The notes under the pieces were generated by a model. It saw nothing but the letters and a program-made list of their open reading frames with translations. It was not told where the DNA came from and did no database searches. The position numbers were made by a program, and so were the translations under genes. From assembly GCF_002113885.1 (NCBI RefSeq), contig NW_018407384.1, positions 692,792-756,791 of the forward strand: 64,000 nucleotides of DNA, given 5' to 3'. This document shows positions 1 through 12,737 of the stretch, piece after piece. How positions within the stretch are numbered: position 1 is the first letter of the stretch; each line of letters opens with the position of its first letter. Source of the DNA: Mizuhopecten yessoensis. Taxonomy: Eukaryota.

Positions 1-2290
1 CACACCCTGTATCAGTCATATGTCACGCCCTGTATCTGTAGTATGTCACACCATGTGTCAGTCATATGTCACACCCTGTGTCAGTCATATGTCACACCCT
101 GTATCAGTCATATGTCACCCCCTTATCAGTCATATTTCTCTCCCTGTATCAATCATATGTCACCCTGTATCAGTCATATGTCACACCCTGTATCAGTCAT
201 ATGTCACACCCTGTATCAGTAATATTTCACACCCAGTATCAGTAATATGTCATACCCTTATCAGTCATATTTCTCTCCCTGTATCAATCATATGTCACCC
301 TGTATCAGTCATATGTCACACCCTGTATCAGTCATATGTCACACCCTGTATCAGTCATTTGTCACACCCTTATCAGTCATATTTCTCTCCCTGTATCAAT
401 CATATGTCACACTCTGTATCACTGATATGTCACACCCTGTATTAGTCATATGTCACACCCTGTATCAGTCATATGTCACACCCTTATCAGTCATATTTCT
501 CTCCCTGTATCAATCATATGTCACACCCTGTATCACTCATATGTCACACCCTGTATCAGTCATATGTCACACCCTGTATCACTCATTTGTCACACCCTTA
601 TCAGTCATATTTCTCTCCCTGTATCAATCATATGTCACACCCTGTATCACTCATATGTCACTCCCTGTATCAGTCATATGTCACACCCTGTATCAGTGAC
701 ATGTTACGCCATGTATCAGTAATATTTCACACCCAGTATCAGTAATATTTCACACCCAGTATCAGTAATATTTCACACCCAGTATCAGTAATATTTCACA
801 CCCTGTATCATTGACATGTTACGCCATGTATCAGTCATATGTCACACCCTGTATCACTCATTTGTCACACCCCTATCAGTCATATTTCTCTCCCTGTATC
901 AATCATATGTCACACCCTGTATCAATCATATGTCACACCCTGTATCACTCATATGCCACACCCTGTATCAGTCATATGTCACACCCTTATCAGTCATATT
1001 TCTCTCCATGTATCAATCATATGTCACACCCTGTATCACTGATATGTCACACCCTGTATCAGTCATATGTCACGCCCTGTATAAGTCATATGTCAGGCCC
1101 TGTATCAGTCATATTTCACACTATGTATCAGTTATATTTCTCACCCAGAGTCATATGTCTCGCCCTGTATCAGTCATATGTCACGCCCTGTATAAGTCAT
1201 ATGTCAGGCCCTGTATCAGTATATGTCACGCCCTGTATCAGTGATATGTCACATCCCTTATCAGTCATATATCACACCCTGTATCAGTCATATGTCACAC
1301 TCTGTATCAGTCATATGTCACGCCCTGTATAAGTCATATGTCACGCCCTGTATCAGTCATATATCACGCCCTGTATCAGTCATATGTCACGCCCTGTATA
1401 AGTCATATGTCAGGCCCTGTATCAGTCATATATCACACTATGTATCAGTTATATTTCTCACCCAGTATCAATCATATGTCACACCATGTATCAGTGACAT
1501 GTTACGCCATGTATCAGTAATATTTCACACCCAGTATCAGTAATATTTCACACCCTGTATCAGTCATATGTCACGCCATGTATCTGTCATATGTCGCACC
1601 CTTATCAGTCATATGTCACTCCCTGTATCAATCATATGTCACACCCTGTATCAGGCTTATGTCTCGCCCTGTATCAGTCATATTTCTCTCCCTGTATCAA
1701 CCATATGTCACGCCCTGTATCTGTAGTATGTCTCGCCCTGTATCAGTCATATATTACGCCATGTGTCAGTCATATGTCACACCCGGTATCAGTCATATGT
1801 CTCGCCCTGTATCAATCAGATGTCACGCCCTGTATCAATCATATGTCACACCCTGTATCTGTAGTATGTCACGCCCATACCATTACATATTTCACCATGT
1901 ATTAGTCATATGCCAAGTCCTGTATCAGTCAAATACCATACCCGGTATCAATTACGTCATATCCTATATCAGTCACATTTTGCACAAGTCACATGTAATA
2001 CCAAGTATGAGTCACATATACTGTATCAGTCATATGTCATATCCTGTATCGGTCACATGTTATATCATGTATCAGTCATATGTCATATTCTGTATCATTC
2101 ATATGCCATACCCTGTATCAGTCATATGTCATATCCTGTATCGGTCACATGTCATATCCTGTATCGGTTACATGTCAATCCTGAATCAGTCATATGTCAA
2201 TCCTGTATCTGTCACATGTCAAACCTGTATCGGTCACATGTCATATCCTGTACCAGTCATATGTCACATCCTGTATCAGTCATAAATATT
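1..2290. repeat. 23-bp minisatellite (ATGTCACACCCTGTATCAGTCAT), degenerating toward ~2290
   Basis: Direct tandem repeat. It explains all repetitive ORFs at 20-2374 (23-aa peptide period = 3 units). Confidence 0.95.
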
Positions 2291-3029
2291 TATGTGTATA
2301 ATCCTTATACAGTTTCCCGTTGTCTATATTGTGATGAAGCATATGTGATAAAATGTTCTGAAGCGGACGTATAAATTACTTATTTATGATATCTATTTAT
2401 AGAGTCAGCGTATGTTATCGATAGCAATCTAAACTCTCTGGTCCAGTATTTTCAAATGTCCCAATTAGTCCTGAATAGATCAAATCATCTGGTCAACTTA
2501 CGTGTTTGTGTGTGACTCTCCGATTCGGCCTGGTTTTTCAATATGGGTATGGAACGTTCAAACTCGAAAGAAACCTGGTCATCTACTTTGTTGTGCTTTC
2601 TGTTATTACAAATATTAAAAAAACACATATTTCAGTGGTTTTCTGAACAATCTACTGACAACATGTGGCCAACAGAATGACACTTACCCTTTTCTTAGTG
2701 AAGGTTGTCTCAAACTAGTGTTACTTAGACGTTGTATGAAACACACGATGATTTGTACTGTGTGTGGATATAAGTGTTACTTAGACGTTGTATGAAACAT
2801 GATAATTTGTACTGTGTGTGAATATAAGACTTGTTTTAGATACTTGAACAAAATAAATAATGATGTAAAACCAAGGTTTTTTCTCTGATTACTTCGTACA
2901 CGTTGGTGTATTGATGAATGCTACCAATAGCGAGTGTCATTCCTACTATTGTTAACGACTTCAACATATCGAGTCTTGAGAATACAGGAGGAGTAACTAA
3001 AACGTTATATTTTGTTGTTTAAAACATAC

Positions 3030-6000
3030 TTTTGGGGAGATGGAGGTCCTCCTTCGTCACTCGACTGGTTAGTGAAAAGCCGAGGTAGGAGTTGATCAAG
3101 AAATCTAGGCAGTACTTGATAGGTGTCCGGCAGTCTTCGCAGTTGCGCATGGCAGAAGAGGTCAACAACCAATAGAATGACTAACAATGAATTTTGTTAT
3201 AATTGTCTACTATTATGGAATGTAATCGTCGCTAAAGGTTATATAAAGAACGATAAAGAATATGGTGCAGTGCTTTAGGGCATTGCACAAGTCCGTGTTT
3301 GTCTCAATTCAATTCAAGTTTATTCCGGGGGCCTTACGACCCATAGGTATACATAAATATAATACATAATATTACATACATATTTGGAGAGTGATCTCTC
3401 ATGACATGCATACAGAACACAGAAAGTAGCATATACATGTCTGTATAAGATACACAAACAACATACTGACAGAGACGGGAGGTAACTCCGCGTCAATGTT
3501 ATCTTGATTGCGATTACATAAATGCTGAGTCAATCTACCTATTATTCCTAAGTTTAATGAATATACAGACGGACAGACACACNNNNNNNNNNNNNNNNNN
3601 NNNNNNNNNNNNNNNNNNNNNNNNNNNNNNNNNNNNNNNNNNNNNNNNNNNNNNNNNNNNNNNNNNNNNNNNNNNNNNNNNNNNNNNNNNNNNNNNNNNN
3701 NNNNNNNNNNNNNNNNNNNNNNNNNNNNNNNNTTAGTGAAGGCAAGCTTTTCTTTGCATTCGAAATGATACATGAAATACATTGTTTAACGATAACAATC
3801 GCTTTAAGCCAAAGTATGTTTTTCTTTACTTAACGGCAGAATGCTAAGGTATACATGGTTTCAAAACATACCTATTGCATACGTATTTGGAGAGTGGTCT
3901 CGCATGACAAGCATACCGAACACAGAGAGTAACATAAACATGTATGCATAAAATACATCATAAACATAATGGTACAAGAAAAATTACTTAAGTTAAATTT
4001 AACTTAACAAACACATACTGACAGAGATGCGCCAATATTACCTTGAATGGGATTACATTAGTGCTGAGTCAATCTACCACGTATGTACCACTTATTGATT
4101 AAGTTTAATAATGTATATCTATGTTGTACAACATAGAGCAATAAATGTTGTACAACATCAGCAATAATACTTATATTAAACAGACAGACATAAGTAAAAG
4201 TAATAGTTCGTTTTCAGCGATGACATGCTTTTCTTTAAATTCGAAATATACCTGAAATACATATGTGAGGTATATAACGATAATATTCACTTTTAGCCAA
4301 AGTGTGTTTTTCTTTTCTTAAAGGCAAAATGAATATAATTTTCCAAGATTATTTAGTTGCTTAACATTATTTATACTTAACAGTTGCACAAGTTTGAAAA
4401 CGCTAGGTGATTTATAATAATACTTTTCAATATACCTTTGTCTAATTTCTATATAAAATGGACATTGCAGTATAAAATGGAACTCATCTTCAATTTCATA
4501 ACTTTGGCAACATTCACATATTCTGCGTCTCCTATCAATGTTGTGATAGCGGCCATTTTCGATTTTTAACTGGTGTGATGACAATCTAATACTGGCTATA
4601 GATTTTTTATATATATTATCAATAGGTTTCAGCAAATAATATTGCATGCAAAAATGATCAATTAGATGTTTGTATAGGTCACCTCTGGCAGCATTTATAA
4701 TTCTTGCTCTCATTTCCTGGGTGTAACAATATTTAAATCGTTGTTCTACTACTTTGTACATATTACCATTTATAGTATCACTAGTCCAAAAGTAGGATAA
4801 ACCAAGTTTATCTAGTTCTTCTTGTTTATCCAATCATCATTCATTATTAATCGCTCTTCTAAACATGTGGCCAATATACAATTTTTGGATTCTTTTAATT
4901 TTAACCAGTATTTTATAACTTTTAACTTTCTATTTATGTAACGTGACTGTCTACCAAGCTCGTAATATACAAAATCAGTACCTGTACTTTTTTTACACCA
5001 AGCAATCGTTTACGAAACCCAGAATGGAGCTTTTCTATCTCTGGTGCTTTATGAAAGCCCCATACCTCGTTTCCATACTCGAGTATGCTGTTGACATATG
5101 TATCAAACATTTTGTACTAGTACTAAAATCATTTTCTTCACTATCAATTGAATATAAAGCTTTTCTTCCCTGGTTAGCAATATGTTTCTGGGTAATATTG
5201 AACTTCCCGTTAAAATTCATCAACATTCCAAAATAATTGAATTCATTAACTATATCGACTTCTTGGTTGTTGTAGATCCATTTTTCAGCATCTCTTATAT
5301 TCCCCCCATTTCGAAAGATAACAATCTAGGTTTTGGAGATATTGAGTTTTAACTTCCATTCTAGGTAATATACGTATAATGAATCTAAAAGTTTCTGCAA
5401 TGCTTCTGGTGTCTCCGCAATCATTGCAGTGCCATCGGCATGCATAAGTAAAAACAAGTTTAAGAGACCTATTTCAATAGATGGACAATTTTCAGCGATA
5501 AATTTCATTTCGCAATCATTTACATAGAGGCTGTATAGAATCGGTGACAGCATTTCTCCCTGGAACAAACTGATTTTGTTTGGGTAGTACTCTGATAACA
5601 AACCATTAAACTTTATACATGATTTTACATTTTTATATAGCGACTGAATAATTTTCAATATTTTCCCTTTGATTCCATGTTTTATGAGTTTAGACCACAA
5701 AAAACTTCTTTCAATCAAATCGAATGCTTTTGTGTAAGCTATAAAGCAACAGTATAGTCTCTTTTTCTCTTTTAATGTTTTATTAATTAAGGTTTGTAGT
5801 GCGAAAATGGCATCTACCGTCGAAAAACCAGATTTGAATCCAAATTGAGCATCGGTAATTATATTATGTGCACTATCCCATTTAAGGAGCCTCTGATTTA
5901 ACACTCCAGTAAATAATTTGCCCAAACAGCTTAATAATGAGATGCCTCTGTAGTTGTTAGGGTCATCAATATCTACCTTTTTATGTATTTGAACAACACA

Positions 6001-9000
6001 TGCTTTTGACCAGGTTTCAGGAAAATACCCGGATTTAAAGACATTATTGAATATTTTAGTTATACATGGTAAAAGTTCATTTTTACAATCTAAAAATAGC
6101 TCATTTAGGGTTTTGTCTTCACCACAGCCTTTGTTTCTCTTTTATCTTCTAATTGCAACTACAATTTCATCTTCAGTTATAATTTTATCTAACTCTTCAT
6201 AATCTGCCTCACAGTTTTCTTCTATAATATCTTCGGTACTTTCAGATTGTCAGATATCAAGATTTTTAAAGAGAGATAAGAAATCATTCAAGCCAATATT
6301 TTATGAAGCAGAAGAAACAGGGTTTTTTCTTTTAACAAAATATTTGTAGAATTGTCTAGGGTTGTTTCGTCAGACTAATTCTAACATATCACCTTCGTAT
6401 CTCTTATAATCTCTCTTAAGCCTGTTTTCTAATATTTTGTAAGAGCGTTTCCTATCTATTAACATTCTGTGGTTAGCTGGTGAATTATCAGTGTTAAAGG
6501 TTGTCAGAGCAGTTTTGTATTCTCGCTGCCCTTTTCTACACTCATTAGTGAACAATATTTTTTTTGACGAGATTGTTTTTCTTGTTACTAGATAACCCAC
6601 ATGTCTGTACATGTTTTACATCACAATAAGACATAACAACAGCATTTACCAAACTACAAAAATTGTCGACCATGTCGTCAACGTCACATTGCGTTTTAGC
6701 GTTTATTTCACGAACTCGTCCTAAAGCGATTGCATTTTCTACTAATTTCGTTTTAAGCAATTCCCTGTTTTCCTCCTTCCATTTGACAAAATCGCTTGCA
6801 ACTCTTTACTTAGTGTTTTCATTCTTTTCACCGTATTCGTAGTTTGTTATATAATTTACGCTAAAACACAATGGAGCGTGATAAGAAATTGTTGTGAAAT
6901 GACCCACAGAAAAGTCACGAATATTACTAAACTTATCGGTTTCTGCTAAAACATAGTCAATTGTACTACAAAAAGTAATACTTTCCTTTTTATCGCCAGA
7001 ATGGCGACCTTTGACAATACGGAAACCAGAAGCAATACACATAGACAATAACTTTCTACCGAAATTGTTGACATACGTCTCGGCGTTCTTACGTGTGATT
7101 ATATCCTCATCATTATTATAATTCAACATTTCAACTATGTTCAACAGAGAATCATTAAGACCATCATTTACTATGAGATCGTATTTACAACCTGTGCGAG
7201 AGTTTAAATCACCATTAACATATACATCACCCCTCTCTTTGTATTGGGAGAGCAGCTCCTCCAAGATTAAGAAGAGATCTATATTATATGTTGTTGATAG
7301 AATACACTATTCTCTAGAGGAAAATAACAGAATACATTTTTTTATTGATATATTGTTTTGAATATTTAAGCATTACAATGCTATTATGGATTTGATATTC
7401 AAGAGATAAATTGTTGCTTAACGATTGTTTGTAGAAGATAACCATACCTCCACCTTTGATTTTCCTTGGAAATGAAAATTTATAATAATAGCTTGGTATA
7501 TCAAAAACATCTTCCTCCGTAATCCAACATGCTGTTCAAAAAATTATATCCTTATTTTTGATTATATTACAAAATTCAGGTTCATCAAGTTTGCTACACA
7601 TACCTTTGCCAATGTTCCATGATACAATTTGGAGGTGGTCACTCTCCTCGCATCCCTATCTGATTACGTTGGTATTGGAATGATTTGGGGGTTGACTAGA
7701 ATCAGTGATAGTATTTGGGATATTCGGACAGTACAACCTAGACACTGGCTGGTGGATGTCACTGCCTAGTTGTTGCTGTTGGGTATCGTCCGTTGAAATC
7801 GGAAGTGGCCTTCTCGAAGGATATCTATGGTTTGGATGCATTTGTCGATGGCATTATGTCATCTGAATAGGTAAGCCTGATTAATTAATTGAGCAGGCCG
7901 GTGAAGAAGTTGTCGCTACTTTTCCGCATGCGATGTCATTGGCAAGAAAAAAAAAATCCAGGTTTAAAAAAGTAAATATCTATTCGAACGGATATTTACT
8001 ATGTACACAAATTCCAAACCCTTGTTGGAAATGTTCTATTCTGATTGGGCAATTCCGTCATGACATCTGCATGCACAGACGTTTGGGATCAGTTCCTTGT
8101 CACGTACCAGTATGCATCACTGTTCCTAGTATGGGAACATTAAAAAGTACCGCAAATGGGCAGAGCAGGCTACCACTTAGTGAGACAATTGTGAAATTAT
8201 TAGTCCCTTGAGATGATTCTGCTGATCTACTTGTTGAATTCTACACTTGGTTTTATTTTCCTTGAAATTCTTCAAGGGTCTCAATGGTTTCCCTAGTTCC
8301 TATTTCCAATTTGGGTAAACTGATGGTTTAAAAAAAAGCAAGTCGAGGATAATGTTTGGAAGACATACATTACGAAATGAAAATCTTCACCAGATTACAT
8401 TTCTGGTGACCAGGCATTTATGATGAAATCGAAAATCGAATGAAAAGTTACGAGTCGTGGCGATTACAAGTGTCACCCCAAGCCTCCACGTCGCCTCTTA
8501 GTTGGGATACCTACATGTATTGTAGCGATGGTCCTACATAGTGGAGGTCTGTGCTGATCCGCGTGGTCGAATCTATCCGATTGTTGTTAATGCAACTTGT
8601 AACTTTTTAAATATTCTATTGACGAACTCCTCCAGGTCTGCGATCACCGTACAGAAACATGGCTTGCTGGAAATTCCAGTTTCCGAAACTGCTACCTTTT
8701 ATCAAAGAATGGCACGAAACATGTGAATGGACTTGTTGAACGACGGATTCACGATTCAGGAAAAGTATAAAAACCAAACAAAAGGAAGTCTTAACATGAA
8801 AAACTGAGTCGGTCTCACCAAGTGAATCGGTCGACCCATCAAACAAACAACAACAGGATTGTCACCGGACGAACGCCTGTTTTCCGAACAAACCTTGTCC
8901 GAGATAAACGACTCCGTGAGCACCACATCAACATGCCAACACCAACAGTCATACCATAGCCTCTACATCCTCTTCAATAAATTCTTGAGAACTTTCAAGA

Positions 9001-10743
9001 AGATCGCGGAAACCACTATCGACATTGAAGGAATTTATTCGAGACTAAGCAATGTTGAGCACAATATTTTGTTGGTATTGATAGTCAAAAACAAGTCATA
9101 AATGGGGTTAATATGACCACTGTAAGCTTTCGTGTCCAATGCTGGTACTACATGTTACTGGCCGTTTTACTGTATACCGGGATCTTTTCGCTGCAGTGTA
9201 ATTACAGCCTTCTGAAATGCGGGCGAATTCATCATTACAGCGAACATTATTTAACAACATAATTTACGTGGTATTTAAATTTGAACGGCGAAATTAACGC
9301 TGCGCGAATTTTGATTTTTCAGGCGAAGGGCGAAAGTTTGACAGAGAGAAAATTTCCCGGTATACAGTTATTGATGCACTTTCATCATTCAAGTTATTTA
9401 AAAAAACTGATTGATTAAGTTTATTGATTAAGTTAAGTATGTAGAAGGATGGGCATGACAAAAACCACCAGCTGGTGTCCTTTTCCGCAAAGACAATATC
9501 AACAATCTCAATTCGCTACGATATTTCGTGGTCTTTATTACATTGCAAATGTTAAAAAGCACATTATTATATTTAACAACACCTTGATCTTGAACCTTAC
9601 AGGCAGAAAGACTTACGCATGCATAACTCTTTCAACTACACAATGCCTTAACATACATATATATATATATATTGTACTTAACATTGGACCTTACAGGCAG
9701 AAAGACTAACGCATGCATAACTCTTTCAACTACACAATTCCTTAACATACATATATATATTGTACTTAACATTGGACCTTACAGGCAGAAAGACTTACGC
9801 ATGCATAACTCTTTCAACTACACAATTCCTTAAGATACATATATATATATTGTACTTAACATTGGACCTTACAGGCAGAAAGACTAGCGCATGCATAACT
9901 CTTTCAACAACACAACGCCTTAATACAAATATATATATATTGTACTTAACATTGGACCTTAAAGGCAGAAAGACTTACGCATGCATAACTCTTTCAACAA
10001 CACAATGCCTTAATATACATATATAAATTATACTTAACATTGGACCTTACAGGCAGAAAGACTTACGCAAGCATAACTCTTTCAACAACACAATGCCTTA
10101 ATATATATATATATATTGTACTTAACATTGGACCTTACAGGCAGAAAGTCTTACGCATGCATAACTCTTTCAACAACACAATGCCTTAATATAAATATAT
10201 ATATATTGTACTTAACATTGAACCTTAAAGGCAGAAAGACTTACGAATGCATAACTCTTTCAACAACACAATGCCTTAATATACATATAATTAAAATTGA
10301 ACCTTACAGGCAGAAATACTTTTGCATGGCATCGTAAAAAATAAATGGATACACATTCGGCTGATCTGACAACACAATGCCTTAATATAAATATTTATAT
10401 TGTACTTAACATTGGACCTTACAGGCAGAAAGACTTGCGCATGCATAACTCTTTCAACAGCACAATGCCTTAATATACATATAATTAAAATTGAACCTTA
10501 CAGGCAGAAAGACTTTTGCATGGCATCGTAAAAAATAAATGGATACACATTCTGCTGATCTGTCAACACAATGCCTTAATATAAATATATATATTGTATT
10601 TAACATTGGACCTTACAGGCAGAAAGACTTGCGCATACACATTTTTTCAACAACACAATGCTTTAATATACATATAATTAAAATTTAACCTTACAGGCAG
10701 AAAGACCTTTGCATGGCAACGTAAAAGATAAATGGATACACAT
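3030..10743 (-). CDS. Candidate spliced gene E, N-terminus of a putative secreted protein (exons 10743-10695 and 3180-3030; possible microexon 2714-2688; 3' end not found in window)
   Basis: ATG at 10743, then 49 nt and CCT|GTAAGG (phase 1). Acceptor ttgttag|TC at 3180 is phase compatible; the exon is open for 151 nt and ends AA|GTATGT. Joined peptide MCIHLSFTLPCKGLSAFILLVVDLFCHAQLRRLPDTYQVLPRFLDQLLPRLFTNQSSDEGGPPSPQ resembles a signal peptide plus mature region. No homology recognised. Confidence 0.45.
3305..7640 (-). mobile_element. Decayed non-LTR retrotransposon (CR1/L2 group, Crack/Daphne-like): AP endonuclease, RT, C-terminal Cys/His domain, 3' UTR
   Basis: EN motifs IVSWNI (~7630), GDLNSRTG, STIDYVL. 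RT motifs QFGF..GFSTVDAIFAL, KAFD, QGEMLSPILYSLYVND, HADGT. C-terminal RLSSHQLKIENGRY..C..C..EDEFHFILQC. AATAAA plus (TTGAA)n tail at ~3323-3305. Many frameshifts and stops. Confidence 0.9.
3583..3732. other. Assembly gap (N)
   Basis: Run of N. Confidence 0.99.
7640..9100 (-). mobile_element. Possible decayed ORF1/5' region of the adjacent LINE
   Basis: Lies immediately upstream of the EN domain, is more GC-rich than its flanks, and has broken coding-like frames. No clear motif. Confidence 0.35.
9170..9367. mobile_element. MITE with CTGTATACCGGGA TIRs (TA-type target site)
   Basis: ta|ctgtataccggga ... tcccggtatacag|tt; internal TTCGC/GCGAA motifs. Confidence 0.75.
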
Positions 10744-10760
10744 TCTACTGATCTGACTAG
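9590..10760. repeat. ~88-90-bp minisatellite with variable (TA)n; dimeric ~194-bp units at the right end
   Basis: About 13 copies of CCTTACAGGCAGAAAGAC (minus strand GTCTTTCTGCCT|GTAAGG). Confidence 0.93.
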
Positions 10761-10904
10761 AATCTAAGACTGCTTCGAACACTTCTAACGGCTAAATCCG
10801 TCCAAGTAAGTAGCAGTCACGTGAAGGGGTCGAAGAAATGTCGGACAATGTGCGTGTGATTACCAGAGGAAACCCAGCCAATATGTATGGTAATACAGAG
10901 GAGA

Positions 10905-10925
10905 ACTGGACTATATATATAATAA
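10905..10925 (-). promoter_or_regulatory. Possible TATA box of candidate gene E
   Basis: TATATATAG on the minus strand ~170 bp upstream of ATG 10743, in a locally GC-richer unique segment. Confidence 0.25.
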
Positions 10926-12129
10926 GGTGAGAGGGAAGCTTTCAAATCACCGGTATATCTAGCAATGTCAGAGAAAGCCCCAGGCAATATGTCTATTAAT
11001 GCCAGCGGAAAACCGGACAATACATCTTAAAAGGCAACGGCAAAGCTGTTTAATGTATCTAGTTATGTGTGTGAATTTCTATTTTCTAAAAAAGTATATT
11101 AATTTTAATTGATTAAAAATCAAATAAGATCATCACTTGGATTAAATATATGGCACATCGATATTCACAATACAGCTGATTAACTTTGTAATGCATATTT
11201 TATATATCAAATAGCTTATTAAAAATAACAGATATTTGACATCAGTTAATAGAAATGTGTAATGATTAAGATGAGAATACAACATTTCAAAAAAAATGGA
11301 TTGCTCTTCATTATGAAAAATTAAAACAATGAACAAAGGGAGATAACCCTATAAGTATACAAAAGTATAAAATTTGTTTTTAAAGTTATTACTAAGAGAG
11401 TAAACATTTACTGTAAAACACATATTTTAAGGGGAAAGTTACTTTCGCTATGTTCTTCAAACGACTAATTAGCAAGCATATTTGAAATCGCGAGTCGTTT
11501 CTCGAATTTACGCGGAAACAAATTTGACATACAGCATAGATATTAATTAAATGAAAGATAATCGTTTAAAAACCTGTCTGAAGTATTGTCTGATCAGTCT
11601 GGTAAGTTAAGATCAGCAAATTATTTTTTGCGTTACTTATATGCCAAAATCTGCAATGCCATTTATAGTAAAATAAATGCTAAGATTGTTTTGAACACAG
11701 ACAGGAATAGAAAACTTTCAGTTTTTCAATTCCTGTTTGTGTTCAAAACAAACTTAGCCTCTATTATTCATACTAAACGGACGAAAGTTATTCCGACTAT
11801 TTGAAGTATTTTATACTATGGTAAAAAATATGCCACTATTATTTTTCCGTGTTGTCAGTACTGGTTATTATTACAAATGTAGTATAACAGTTTAAACAAT
11901 TTTCTTGAGATGTTTATTTTCACGGGTTTTAATCATAATTAATAATAATCCTCGAGGGCGATTTAGTTATTAAAAAAAAAGTAATTATCGGAAAACGAAA
12001 CGCAATATTTTCATTAAGTCTGCGAGAATCTGCCACATCATCATCATATGTTTATTTCCTCAAAAACTGAGATATATTTACATCGGAGCAGTAAATCTCT
12101 GGGTAGCTCATAATGATAACCGTGGGTCA

Positions 12130-12730
12130 TCACCAATAGGTAACCCACCATTAAACTCCTACCTACCTATACACCACTTATAAGTAACCCACCATCACAG
12201 TCATAGATAACCCATCATTACAATCATATGCAATCAATCATTACAATCAATAGTTAACTCGCAATTTTATCAGTGGCTCAGCCACCATTGCACTTATAAG
12301 TAACTCATCATTACATCCATAGGTAACCCATCATTACAACCACAGGTTATCCATCATTACAATGATAGGTAATACACCATTACAATGATAGGTAAGTTAA
12401 CCCATCATTACAATCACAGGTAGCCCACAATCACAACTACCGGTAGCCAACCATTATACTCATAGGTAACTCACCATTATATTAATAGGTAACCCATCAT
12501 TACAATCATAGATAACCCACCATTACAATCATAGGTAACCCACCATTACAATCATAGGTAACCCACCGTTACAATCATAGGTAACCAACCATTACAATCA
12601 TAGGTAACCCACCATTACAACCATAGGTAACCAACCATTAAAATCACAGGTAACCCACCATTAAAATCACAGGTAACCCACCATTTCCATCATAGGTAAC
12701 CCACCATTACAACCATAGGTAACCCACCAT
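12130..12730. repeat. 23-bp minisatellite (GGTAACCCACCATTACAATCATA) in the predicted 3' UTR of gene A
   Basis: Direct tandem repeat beginning a few bp after the stop codon at 12738. Confidence 0.9.
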
Positions 12731-12737
12731 CACACTG

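Noticed and set aside
20-2374. Many overlapping Cys/His-rich ORFs
   Set aside because: Translations of a largely stop-free 23-bp minisatellite in all three frames.
9590-10760. CRISPR-like repeat-spacer appearance (also 63213-64000)
   Set aside because: The 'spacers' are themselves repeated, there are no cas genes, and the context is intron-containing eukaryotic DNA.
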